From positions 1 through 45,528 of the forward strand of contig JAGGYZ010000299.1 in NCBI GenBank assembly GCA_021162285.1: DNA of 45,528 bases, written 5' to 3'. Position numbers and translations under genes: made by a program. Position 1 is the first letter of the stretch, and the number at the start of each line of letters is the position of its first letter. Positions 17,182 through 25,788 of the stretch are shown piece after piece. This DNA is from Candidatus Fermentibacteraceae bacterium. GTDB taxonomy: Bacteria; Fermentibacterota; Fermentibacteria; Fermentibacterales; JCC-6. The notes beneath the pieces are model-generated. The model worked only from the letters and a program-made list of their open reading frames with translations. It ran no database searches and was not told the DNA's origin.

Positions 17182-20123
17182 TGCTCCTCCAGCAGATGAG
17201 CCAGCGTGTTTCCTGTTATTTCTATGGACAGTGCATACTCTTCGCTGATTCCAAGATCGTTTACAAGAACAGCATAGGCAAGCCCTGTGTATCCGTTGCC
17301 GGCAAGGCTTACCGCTCTTGCTTCCGATGAGAATGTTTGTGTGGAAAGCAGGAACCACAGAGCTATTTCCTTTGCGTGATCGGGGTCGGCAACAAACCTG
17401 TCGCAAAGATCATTGATCAACTGTGCTTCACGCTGAGTTTTCATCTGAGAAACCATGATATTTCCAAGAGAAACAGCCGCCATCACCCCTCCTCTGGCCG
17501 CGAGTCCGGCCATTTCAACTGCTATGGATGCGGCTGTAATATCCTGTTTCCATTCAAGTGCCGCACTTTCCTGATCAGTGTGATTGAATACGAATGCGAG
17601 GGCAGTGTCAAGCATACTGAGACCAGTGTTGACAGGACTGTAAATGGTGTACTGATCCACCGTCTGCGCCATAAGATCGAGCACTGGCTGGTATTCCGAA
17701 CCCCATCCTGCCTGAAGATCCGACAGCAGTTCTCTGGCTGCAATGTAGTTTCCGAATGAAAGGTCTTTCTCTATGCGTATCCATTCCTGTGCAGGAGAAC
17801 CGTCGCTGATAAAATCGATGACGCCGTCAAAAGCTGACTCCTGTTCAAACTCACCGGCCACAGCTGCAAGCTGAGACGAGGCGGCAGCGGCAGTGGAGTT
17901 GTTGTATTCAACTGCCATACTGTCCATGTATGCCGTTGCCTGCTGAACGTAGTCTATTGCCGCATCAGCACCGTCCCTGCCGTGAATAAACCTTGCCTTC
18001 AGCAGAACAAAACCGGGCATGATACTGAGCCATTCCTCCGGCATGGCTGAAAACACAGCCTCAGACCTTTCCAGACACACGCCGACCATTTCCGTGTTGC
18101 CCTCAGCCATAAACTGATATGCGAGACGGTTGTAGGCACTGACATAGTTCCTTGCGATCTGGATTGCCTGATCGTCCTTGTAGACAGAAGGATCTGCAAG
18201 GCCTGTGGTAAGAAAACTGTCTGCAAGGGGCCATCCCAGATCGGTATTTACAAGCTTACGGACAGGCTCGTGCATTACTCTGAAAGCAATTCCCTGCATC
18301 TGGAGATAGCTCTCTACATAACTTCTGTTCTCCCCTGAAACTGTTCCGGCAATCATTACTTCCCTGCCGTGAATACTTCTGTTTCTGAGCATATCGATAA
18401 GAAGAAGATCCTGCATGGGAATTGAACCCTGGCTTCCTCTTCCCATTGATGGAACCGGTATGCTTGTGTTACCGTCATTCAGCACCCACGGCCACTGACC
18501 GTTAAATGTGTCGTCAAGCACCTGCCTGTCATACTCTCCTGTGACCGGCAGCCCTTCCGATGAAACATGAAAGAAATTGGGACCCCAGATAAATATGGGC
18601 TGCATGTTGTCAATAGTTTCCTGTGAATAGCTGAGAAGATCAGGGTCTTTTGCAACAAGCTGCTCCACATACCATCTTGTATTCATCAGACTCAGATTGG
18701 AAATGATCACATCACGGCGAATCCCAAGCACTCCCTGAGCAAACCACAGTGGAAAAGTATCGTTGTCTCCGTTGGTGATTATCACCGCATTTTCCGGGCA
18801 TGACTGCAACAGGTTGATGCCGTAATCACGCGCAGCATAATCACCTGAGCGGTCACAATAATGCCAGTTCATTCCCAGAGATATAAGTGGAAAAACAACC
18901 ATCACCCATGCAGCGTTCTTCACTGCTCTGCTCTTTGCCGAGGTAAACAGTGAACCCATACCGATCATGGACAAAACGGCAAAGAAAATGAAAGATGCTC
19001 CGAAAAAGTAATCTCTCTCGCGAACTTCACCCAGCGATGTTCCCTCGGGTCCTGTCTTAAAATTCAGATACACCACAAAGGCGAAACTCGCCATGATAAA
19101 AGACAACCCCACAAGAACCAGAAGATCCGGCCGTCTTTTTCCCATAACCACAAGGCCGGTAACTGCAAGAACGGCCATTCCCATCCAGAGAAATGCCCAC
19201 ACTACACCGCCTGGAGTTCCCAGGGCGCCTGTCCATGCCTCCGGTCTTCCCACCTGCCAGGACAGGTATTCTGCAAACAGTCCCAGCTGATCCTGAAATG
19301 GTCCTTTTCTGTTGAGAATAGAGACCTGTCCGTACTGCTTTCTCTCAATGGCTTCCTTGAATTCAGTCCATACAGAGGGATTAGTTTCGTTGATTTCAGG
19401 GTTTTGTATCGCCCGGATAGGCATGTAAAGGTGAATGCTGAAGGCAAGAGCCATAAGACCCAGAAACATCACAGGAAACCCCGGAGATTTCCACTCAAAT
19501 GCTTTCTTTCTAACAGCGTACAGTACATACATTGCCACAATAGGAAGGGTAACGATAAGAGCACTGAGATGGTTTCCTATTGCAAGTGTCATAAGGTAAC
19601 CGGTGAGTAACAGCTGGCGACCAGCAGGTCTGCCGTGAAGCCTTCTCTCTATCCACAGGTCAAAAACCCACAGAATAAGAAGGGAAAGAAGGGCTGCCAT
19701 TGCGTAGGTTTCAGTTGCATTGTTGTTTCTCCATACGGTGTAGCTGAAAGCAGCCATAAGTGCTCCTGCAACGGAAACCGGTCTGTAGAGCCACGGCTCA
19801 AACCCCAGCCTTACGCTCCACCTCTGTATAAGCCTTGCCACAAGACCGATGGTAACTGTTCCTGCGATTGCGCACATAAGGTTAACCCTTGCGGCTATTG
19901 AGGGGATGAAACTGAACAGCAGAGTACTTACTCTCCCCATAAGCACAAAGAAAGGTACTCCCGGCGGATGTGGAATCCCCACAACCCACGAGCAGGTAAT
20001 GTACTCACCACTGTCCCAGAAGCTGACGGATGGCGCCAGGGTAACTGCGTAAACGGTAAAAGCGGCCATGGCTGCAGCCAGTGCAACGAGCCTGTCTGTT
20101 GTAAATGCACCTTTGATATTCAC
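17178..20123 (-). CDS. DUF2723 (TMEM260-like, GT-C fold) membrane protein with long C-terminal helical domain
   Basis: 981 aa. The N-terminal signature TLAPSVSFWDSGEYITCSWVVGIPHPPGVPFF is characteristic of DUF2723. There are about 11 or more hydrophobic helices in the first ~440 aa, then a soluble domain of about 500 aa with a helical-repeat appearance. GTG start in a GTGA overlap with xerC. Its stop overlaps the hslV ATG. Confidence 0.7.
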   Translation of the reverse strand: MNIKGAFTTDRLVALAAAMAAFTVYAVTLAPSVSFWDSGEYITCSWVVGIPHPPGVPFFVLMGRVSTLLFSFIPSIAARVNLMCAIAGTVTIGLVARLIQRWSVRLGFEPWLYRPVSVAGALMAAFSYTVWRNNNATETYAMAALLSLLILWVFDLWIERRLHGRPAGRQLLLTGYLMTLAIGNHLSALIVTLPIVAMYVLYAVRKKAFEWKSPGFPVMFLGLMALAFSIHLYMPIRAIQNPEINETNPSVWTEFKEAIERKQYGQVSILNRKGPFQDQLGLFAEYLSWQVGRPEAWTGALGTPGGVVWAFLWMGMAVLAVTGLVVMGKRRPDLLVLVGLSFIMASFAFVVYLNFKTGPEGTSLGEVRERDYFFGASFIFFAVLSMIGMGSLFTSAKSRAVKNAAWVMVVFPLISLGMNWHYCDRSGDYAARDYGINLLQSCPENAVIITNGDNDTFPLWFAQGVLGIRRDVIISNLSLMNTRWYVEQLVAKDPDLLSYSQETIDNMQPIFIWGPNFFHVSSEGLPVTGEYDRQVLDDTFNGQWPWVLNDGNTSIPVPSMGRGSQGSIPMQDLLLIDMLRNRSIHGREVMIAGTVSGENRSYVESYLQMQGIAFRVMHEPVRKLVNTDLGWPLADSFLTTGLADPSVYKDDQAIQIARNYVSAYNRLAYQFMAEGNTEMVGVCLERSEAVFSAMPEEWLSIMPGFVLLKARFIHGRDGADAAIDYVQQATAYMDSMAVEYNNSTAAAASSQLAAVAGEFEQESAFDGVIDFISDGSPAQEWIRIEKDLSFGNYIAARELLSDLQAGWGSEYQPVLDLMAQTVDQYTIYSPVNTGLSMLDTALAFVFNHTDQESAALEWKQDITAASIAVEMAGLAARGGVMAAVSLGNIMVSQMKTQREAQLINDLCDRFVADPDHAKEIALWFLLSTQTFSSEARAVSLAGNGYTGLAYAVLVNDLGISEEYALSIEITGNTLAHLLEEQ

Positions 20124-21010
20124 TTTTTCCCCCTGGGATGTGTCTTCATGTAAACACCTTTTAGTTTCTCTGTTGTTAGATGCGTATATATCTGTGTCGT
20201 TCCTATCCCGGCATGCCCGAGCAGTTCCTGAACCGTTCTGATGTCTGCTCCTCCATTCAGAAGGTGTGTGGCAAAACTGTGCCTGAAAGTGTGGGGAGTG
20301 GCCCCTGCAGCTCTGGCTGCGCCGTCAACACCAGCAGAAACAATACGCCGTATATCTCTGGGGTCAAGCTTTCGACCTCTGACACTGATGAAAAGAGTTC
20401 CAGGATCATCACCTGCGACATACTCATTTCGTTTCTGGATCCATTTATCAAGGTACTCCGCAGTTCCACCGGGAACTGGAACAATTCTTTCTCTTCTTCC
20501 CTTTCCCATGACCTTCACAGTGCCTGAAACTATACCTGTATTTTTAAGCAGAAGAGATGCTGCTTCAGCGGCTCTCAACCCTGCCCCGTAAAGAAGTTCA
20601 ACCACTGCTCTGTTGCGTAAACCTTTTGTGGTCGAAGTATCGTATGCATTTAAAACGCTTTTAACTTCACTGATACCCAGAAACCCCGGGAGCCTTCTTG
20701 ACACCCTGGGAGCCTTGAGCAATTCACTGTGGTCAATTTCGGAACGGTCAGTCTCCACAAGCCATCTGGAAAAGGTGTGAAAGCAGCTGACCATTCTTGC
20801 AACACTGCCTGGAGACATACCGGCTGATGCCCGCCTCATAAGATACTCCCGCATCTGAGAAACATCAAAACCGTCCACGAAAGATCCACCTGTAGCTGCA
20901 AAATCTGTCATCTGTGTCAGGTAAGCTTTGACTGTAAGTGGAGAAAGCCCCCTGCCGTAGGTGAGCTCATCTTTGAAAGATTCCAGTATCAGTCTATCTT
21001 CTTCTTGCAA
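20120..21010 (-). CDS. xerC: Tyrosine recombinase XerC/XerD family
   Basis: 296 aa. C-terminal catalytic box ATPHTFRHSFATHLLNGGADIRTVQELLGHAGIGTTQIYTHL. N-terminal core-binding-type region (SPLTVKAYLTQM). TTG start, 22-nt overlap with the topA end. Its position between topA and hslVU mirrors the Bacillus codV locus. Confidence 0.85.
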   Translation of the reverse strand: MQEEDRLILESFKDELTYGRGLSPLTVKAYLTQMTDFAATGGSFVDGFDVSQMREYLMRRASAGMSPGSVARMVSCFHTFSRWLVETDRSEIDHSELLKAPRVSRRLPGFLGISEVKSVLNAYDTSTTKGLRNRAVVELLYGAGLRAAEAASLLLKNTGIVSGTVKVMGKGRRERIVPVPGGTAEYLDKWIQKRNEYVAGDDPGTLFISVRGRKLDPRDIRRIVSAGVDGAARAAGATPHTFRHSFATHLLNGGADIRTVQELLGHAGIGTTQIYTHLTTEKLKGVYMKTHPRGKK

Positions 21011-23184
21011 CTGGGACAGAACACACCTTTCTTTCTCTCTTCAAGCAAAGGAAAACCACACCTCGGACACTCTCTTGCCACCGGCTTGTTCCACATGGCA
21101 AAATCGCAGTCGGGGTATCTGCTGCATGAATAAAACACCTTCCCCCTGCGTGACCGTCTTTCAACCAGCTCACCGTTACAGTCCGGAACAGGACATTTCA
21201 CACCGACAGGAACAGGCTGAGTGTGGCCGCATACCGGATCTGAACAGGCAAGATACCGGCCGTATCTACCGTTTCGAAGAAGCATATCTTTTCCGCACTT
21301 CGCACATTTGACATCAGAAACAGTAGAGGTGGTATCCTCATTCACAGGACGGGTGTACCGACACGATGGAAATCCACTGCAGGCCAGGAATTTACCATAC
21401 TTCCCCATTTTTTCCAGAAGCACCTTACCGCACAGGGGACACTTTTCAGCAGTTTCTTTTACCATAGATGCCTTGATCTCGGGAAGACGTCTCATGGCTT
21501 CCTCCAGGGATGCTGCAAGTGGGGTGTAAAGCTGCTTCACTGCCTCTTTGTAACTGGTTTTTCCAGAAGCCACAAGATCGAGCAATTCCTCAAGAGTTGC
21601 GGTGAAACCAACATCAAACAGATGGGGAAACAGCTTAACCAGAAGGTCTGCTGTAACCATCCCCACCTCTGTGGGTATAAGTTTCTTGTCTTTGACCTCT
21701 ACATAAACTCTTTTCTTCAGCGTTGCTATGATTGATACATATGTGGAGGGTCTTCCAATTGCTTTCTTTTTCATTTCCGATACAAGAGCTGCTTCAGAAT
21801 ACCTGGGCAGGGGTTTTGTGAACTTCTGTTCCGCTGTCACACCGAGGAGTTCAACAGAACCCTCCGAGAGCTCCGGAATTTTACCGGATATCTTGAGCTG
21901 TGCCGGATCTGCCAGCGCAAATCCCCGGCTTACAACCTTCTGCCCGGTTGCCTTGAATACCAGCTCTCCACTGGAAACCAGAACTTCAGTTTCGGCCACA
22001 ACGGCATCGGCCATCTGGGTAGCCACAAATCTCTTCCACACAAGCGAGTAGAGTTTCAGATGCCTGTCGTCCAGTATGCCGGTCATCTCCTCAGGTGTTC
22101 GCCTTACATCTGTGGGCCTGATGGCTTCGTGGGCGTCCTGGGCACCACCGCTGGCTCTGTAGCGTCTTGGTTTCGGCGAGAGTTCCCGGGTACTCCACTT
22201 CTGTTCCACAAAACTGCGGCAGTCCGCAATAGCAGCAGGTTCAATCCGAACAGAATCTGTTCTCATGTAGGTTATAAGACCCGTTGTTTCGCCATCGATC
22301 TCAAAACCTTCATACAGATCCTGTGCAAGCCGCATGGTTACCGATGGCGGCATGGACAACCTTGCTGATGCAGCAACCTGAAGAGAGCTTGTGATAAACG
22401 GGGGAACCGGTCTTCTGGCTTTGTTCTTCTCCACCAGTGAACTGATCTTCCACAGGGTCTCCCCGCGGGTCTGGTTCAAAACTCTGTCGGCAGTCTCACG
22501 ACTTCCTGGAGAATGCCTGTCGCCGTCAGCTCTTTTGCCATCTATTTTGAATAGTTTTGTCTGAAATACAGAGCTATTCTGCTTGAATTCCGCAGTTACC
22601 GGCCAGAATTCCCTTGGAGCAAAGCTTTTTATAGCAAGTTCCCGCTCGACTATCAACCGGAGAGCGACAGTCTGTACCCTTCCTGCGCTGAGCCCCTTAC
22701 CCACTGTCCTCCACAGGTATGGGCTGATTTTGTAACCCACCAGACGATCCATTACTCTTCTCGCCTGCTGTGCATCAACCAGGTTCATATCTATATCTGA
22801 AGCGGTCCTGGAAGCTGCCTGAACTGCCTCTCTTGTTACGGAATTAAACCTGATCCGTCTGAAGGAAATTCCTTTACCCTGCAGCAGCTTGTATATATGC
22901 CAGCAGATGGCTTCCCCTTCTCGATCAGGGTCTGCAGCGAGGTAGATCTCGCTGTAGGATGATGCTGTTTTTCTTAACTTTGCCACAGCTGCCCTTTTTC
23001 TGGGAAGAATAGTGTAGACGGGTTCAAGTGTTTCGATGTTTACACCAAGACGATTAAGAGGCAGATCTCGTACATGACCGTATGAGGCAACAACATCCCA
23101 GCCACGGCCAAGGTAGCTTTTAAGGCTCTTCGCTTTGGCGGGGGATTCTATAATAACAAGCTTTTTTTTCGTATCTCCTGGCAT
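20989..23184 (-). CDS. topA: DNA topoisomerase I (type IA) with four C-terminal zinc-ribbon modules
   Basis: 731 aa. LVIIESPAKAKSL Toprim start, ITYMRTDS active-site Tyr region, and C-terminal C4 modules (CPLCG...CSGFPSC, CAKCG...CSDPVC, CPVPDC...CSRYPDC, CPRCG...CPSC). Confidence 0.93.
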   Translation of the reverse strand: MPGDTKKKLVIIESPAKAKSLKSYLGRGWDVVASYGHVRDLPLNRLGVNIETLEPVYTILPRKRAAVAKLRKTASSYSEIYLAADPDREGEAICWHIYKLLQGKGISFRRIRFNSVTREAVQAASRTASDIDMNLVDAQQARRVMDRLVGYKISPYLWRTVGKGLSAGRVQTVALRLIVERELAIKSFAPREFWPVTAEFKQNSSVFQTKLFKIDGKRADGDRHSPGSRETADRVLNQTRGETLWKISSLVEKNKARRPVPPFITSSLQVAASARLSMPPSVTMRLAQDLYEGFEIDGETTGLITYMRTDSVRIEPAAIADCRSFVEQKWSTRELSPKPRRYRASGGAQDAHEAIRPTDVRRTPEEMTGILDDRHLKLYSLVWKRFVATQMADAVVAETEVLVSSGELVFKATGQKVVSRGFALADPAQLKISGKIPELSEGSVELLGVTAEQKFTKPLPRYSEAALVSEMKKKAIGRPSTYVSIIATLKKRVYVEVKDKKLIPTEVGMVTADLLVKLFPHLFDVGFTATLEELLDLVASGKTSYKEAVKQLYTPLAASLEEAMRRLPEIKASMVKETAEKCPLCGKVLLEKMGKYGKFLACSGFPSCRYTRPVNEDTTSTVSDVKCAKCGKDMLLRNGRYGRYLACSDPVCGHTQPVPVGVKCPVPDCNGELVERRSRRGKVFYSCSRYPDCDFAMWNKPVARECPRCGFPLLEERKKGVFCPSCKKKID

Positions 23185-23218
23185 GAATACAAAACTCCTG
23201 ATTTTCTTTTAAGAACGA

Positions 23219-24661
23219 TTATTCAATGGCGGAAAGCCATAGAGCCACAGGACCGCTGACAGACTCCCAGCAGCTCTCTCTGTAACCCATGATATTCTGA
23301 AACTGTCTTGGACTGAGAATACCTGCTACCTCAGAGAAAGCCTCGTGCACCAGACTGTATACAACAGCCTCCTGGTAGCGGTTTTCTCTGTATATAAGTA
23401 CCAGCTGGTCGATGTCTGCAGGTTCCAGCATGGCCGCCGCATCCCTCATGAGACGAATTCTTACTTCTGCTTCTTCCGGATGAAGAATCACCATAACCAC
23501 AACGGTTGTAGAGTCTTCATAAACCAGAAATGCCCCGTCATCCACCACGATCGGAATTGCTGACGCAAGCAGCTCCAGCTTGCTGAACACTACCTCACTG
23601 CTTTCAACGGAAACTTCTGCATCTGTGTTCCGGGGAGCTCTGGTCTGAAAACTGATGGATACTGGATTCTCTGCAGGTATACAACTGTCTGGCAGAACAA
23701 TAAACCGCAGACCAAAAGGATCCTCAACAGCAAGAGAATCACTCTTTACTGACAACGTATCTGCCGGTACACCATCTATATCCGTAGAATCCGGTGATGT
23801 AGTAATTCCGGTGCTGATTGAATCCTGACCCGAAACACCGGATGTATCAGCAGAAACCAACCCGGTGTTAGATGTGGAATTCCCGGTAACCGTCGAGAAA
23901 AGATTCAGCGGATCAATGAAGTAAAATACGGCAGCCAGAGCAAGCACAAGAAAAACAGCGACCACCGTTTTCAAAACAGTTGATCCTGCACCTGTTTTTT
24001 CACTGACAGGCTGTTCCGTATCAAATTCAAGGCCCTCTCTGTTCTCTGCGGTGACACCTTTATTGGGTCTGTCTACAGATTTTCCATCTCTGGCACAGTG
24101 ACTGCATACATGAGCCACTCTGTCAAAGCAATTCCTGCAGGTAAGTTGCCCGCATGTTCTGCACGGTGCAAGTCTCTCGCCGTCTGTTGGTGTTCTTCCA
24201 CAAATGTGGCACCTTGCCGTAGAGAGAATTTCCTCGCTTGCAGAAGTAATTACAATTGGTTCCTCTTCCTCTTCCTCAACTGCAGGCTGCTGAACTGTCT
24301 CTTCACTCTGTGCATCCCCGGGCTTTTCCGTGGTTTCTACCCCGGGTTCAGCCTCAGTTCCCTCAGGATTGACTGTTCCTCCTGAAGAATCCAGGACAAC
24401 TCCAGACGGTGATTCTTCACTGATACCAGCCTCGTCCTCCAGGCGGGGAAGAAGATCGATATAGGGATAAAGATCCTTCTGAATAACCCTTGCCTCGTTC
24501 ATTGGAACGGCTTCTTTGATCACCGATGGCGAGTTGTTAACAGCATTCTCAGCCTCTGTCACCGAAAGATCAAGACTAGTAATGAGAAGTTTTAAAACTT
24601 TCTTCTTTTCCTCTTCTCTTCCCAGTCTCACAAGCAGCAGATCAACAAAAGAATCAGACAT
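23219..24661 (-). CDS. Uncharacterised bitopic membrane protein: L7/L12-CTD-like N-domain, acidic linker, 4x CxxC zinc module, one TM helix, Ser/Thr-rich spacer, C-terminal extracytoplasmic domain
   Basis: 480 aa. Residues 1-70 (KKKVLKLLITSLDLSVTEAENAVNNSPSVIKEAVPMNEARVIQKDL) parallel the ribosomal L7/L12 C-terminal domain pattern (KxxVIKxVRxxTGLGLKEAKxLVExxPxxxKExVxKxxAExxKxxL). Cys residues 151/154, 167/170, 175/178 and 186/189 form four CxxC pairs. TM helix at about 229-249 (LKTVVAVFLVLALAAVFYFI). Its ATG shares 1 nt with the mglA stop at 24661. Confidence 0.6.
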   Translation of the reverse strand: MSDSFVDLLLVRLGREEEKKKVLKLLITSLDLSVTEAENAVNNSPSVIKEAVPMNEARVIQKDLYPYIDLLPRLEDEAGISEESPSGVVLDSSGGTVNPEGTEAEPGVETTEKPGDAQSEETVQQPAVEEEEEEPIVITSASEEILSTARCHICGRTPTDGERLAPCRTCGQLTCRNCFDRVAHVCSHCARDGKSVDRPNKGVTAENREGLEFDTEQPVSEKTGAGSTVLKTVVAVFLVLALAAVFYFIDPLNLFSTVTGNSTSNTGLVSADTSGVSGQDSISTGITTSPDSTDIDGVPADTLSVKSDSLAVEDPFGLRFIVLPDSCIPAENPVSISFQTRAPRNTDAEVSVESSEVVFSKLELLASAIPIVVDDGAFLVYEDSTTVVVMVILHPEEAEVRIRLMRDAAAMLEPADIDQLVLIYRENRYQEAVVYSLVHEAFSEVAGILSPRQFQNIMGYRESCWESVSGPVALWLSAIE

Positions 24662-25263
24662 CAGGCTCTTCCCTCCAGTATTTCAAATTGTCTGTGCAGC
24701 CTTGCTATTACCATCCTACTCACCCTGCGCAGGGTCTCAAATACGCCTTTGCCTTCCGATGCCACTGATTCAAGACATGCAACACGGGACAATCCCAGTT
24801 CACGAACAATCTCATCCACAGGAATAGCATCATGCAAGTCCCTCTTGTTGCACTGTAGAACAAGACTGACACCCTTCCTTCTCTGGTTGCGGAGATTCTC
24901 TTTCAGGTCTCTGAGACTTGCAATGTTGGCATCCATTCTTGACTCCTGAGAATCGGCAACAAAAACAATACCGTCAACACCCTGAAGAATCAGTCGGCGA
25001 CTGTCTGAATACATAGCCTGACCGGGAACACTGTAAAGATGCAGACGGATCTTGAAACCATTGATCTCTCCGGAATCCAGCGGGAGGAAATCAAAAAACA
25101 GAGTTCTATCGTTGCCAGCGGCCAGAGAAATCAGTTTTCCCCTGGAATCTGAATCAACCTGACTGTGAATGTATTTTACATTTGTTGTCTTCCCTGACAA
25201 CCCCGGACCTGCATACACGATCTTGCAGTCAATTTCCTTAGCACTGTAGCTCACAGTAGCCAT
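24661..25263 (-). CDS. mglA: MglA-type Ras-like small GTPase, paralog 2
   Basis: 200 aa. By my recollection it is close along its whole length to Myxococcus MglA: EIDCKIVYAGPGLSGKTTNVKYI, GKLISLAAGNDRTLFFDFLPL, RLHLYSVPGQAMY, GVDGIVFVADSQ, QCNKRDL, GVFETL. Confidence 0.85.
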   Translation of the reverse strand: MATVSYSAKEIDCKIVYAGPGLSGKTTNVKYIHSQVDSDSRGKLISLAAGNDRTLFFDFLPLDSGEINGFKIRLHLYSVPGQAMYSDSRRLILQGVDGIVFVADSQESRMDANIASLRDLKENLRNQRRKGVSLVLQCNKRDLHDAIPVDEIVRELGLSRVACLESVASEGKGVFETLRRVSRMVIARLHRQFEILEGRA

Positions 25264-25269
25264 AAAGTA

Positions 25270-25467
25270 TTACTCCTCGCTCTGCTCTTTATTTTCGTCT
25301 TCCCTGCTAGTTTCATCAGATTTGATATCAATGTCTTTCAAACCCTTCTTGAACTGACTCATGGATTTTCCAACAGCTCTGGCAATGTCGGGAATCCTCT
25401 TTGCTCCGAAAAGAAGAAGAAGCACCACAAGAATCAGCACAAGCTCGGTGGTTCCAATACGACCCAA
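25270..25467 (-). CDS. tatA: Twin-arginine translocase subunit TatA/E
   Basis: 65 aa. M-GRIGTTELVLILVVLLLLFGAKRIPDIARAVGKSMSQFKKGLKD, followed by an acidic tail. TTG start preceded by a G-rich SD. Confidence 0.85.
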   Translation of the reverse strand: MGRIGTTELVLILVVLLLLFGAKRIPDIARAVGKSMSQFKKGLKDIDIKSDETSREDENKEQSEE

Positions 25468-25485
25468 AATAACCCCCCAGTACAG

Positions 25486-25761
25486 TCAGAACCATTTGTA
25501 TAACACACCAACCGCAAGAAGACCGGCAAATGTCATTATGTTAATCTTCACCGCAATTTCAGCGATCTGAAACCTGAGAATGTAGATATCGAAGCCCAGA
25601 GGTCCTACAGAGAACTCGGCCCCACCGCTGAAAAACTGTCGCAACGCCACAGAACTGTCTGGCAACACGGCTCCCACAGCCTCGCCAAACACGGTACCGG
25701 TCATCATACCTGCAACGGCAATGAAAACCCAGAATCCTGTAGACCTTCCGTTTAACAACAC
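25486..25761 (-). CDS. Small membrane protein, DUF4321-like
   Basis: 91 aa, GTG start, two hydrophobic helices flanking a central loop. The overall pattern (...GxxxGExxGxxLP......FSVGP..FDxxxL.F.....xKINxxxxxGLLxxxxLYKW) matches my recollection of DUF4321. Confidence 0.45.
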   Translation of the reverse strand: MLLNGRSTGFWVFIAVAGMMTGTVFGEAVGAVLPDSSVALRQFFSGGAEFSVGPLGFDIYILRFQIAEIAVKINIMTFAGLLAVGVLYKWF

Positions 25762-25788
25762 CTGTCCTTCCTGTAACAGTATCTTAAT

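Noticed and set aside
17182-17406. Long N-terminal extension of the hslV ORF (257 aa in the track), and similar extensions for the GTPase (to 15369), hslU (to 16693), tagD (to 8955), hpf (to 32911) and the lipoprotein (to 7390)
   Set aside because: The extensions overlap the 3' ends of upstream genes, are not homologous to the respective families, and internal ATGs with good SD sequences or ATGA overlaps give canonical N-termini.
20120-21010. The tyrosine recombinase as a marker of an integrated mobile element
   Set aside because: Its position between topA and hslVU matches the conserved chromosomal xerC/codV locus. I saw no flanking direct repeats, phage or IS genes, and the tRNA gene is 8 kb away and not adjacent.
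14722-25263. Search for a Roadblock/LC7 (MglB-like) ORF of about 130-160 aa adjacent to either mglA paralog
   Set aside because: No candidate small ORF exists in the tight junctions around either gene. The C-terminal part of the 480-aa protein was considered as a Roadblock-like domain. However, it lies on the predicted extracytoplasmic side of the TM helix and shows no clear motif match.
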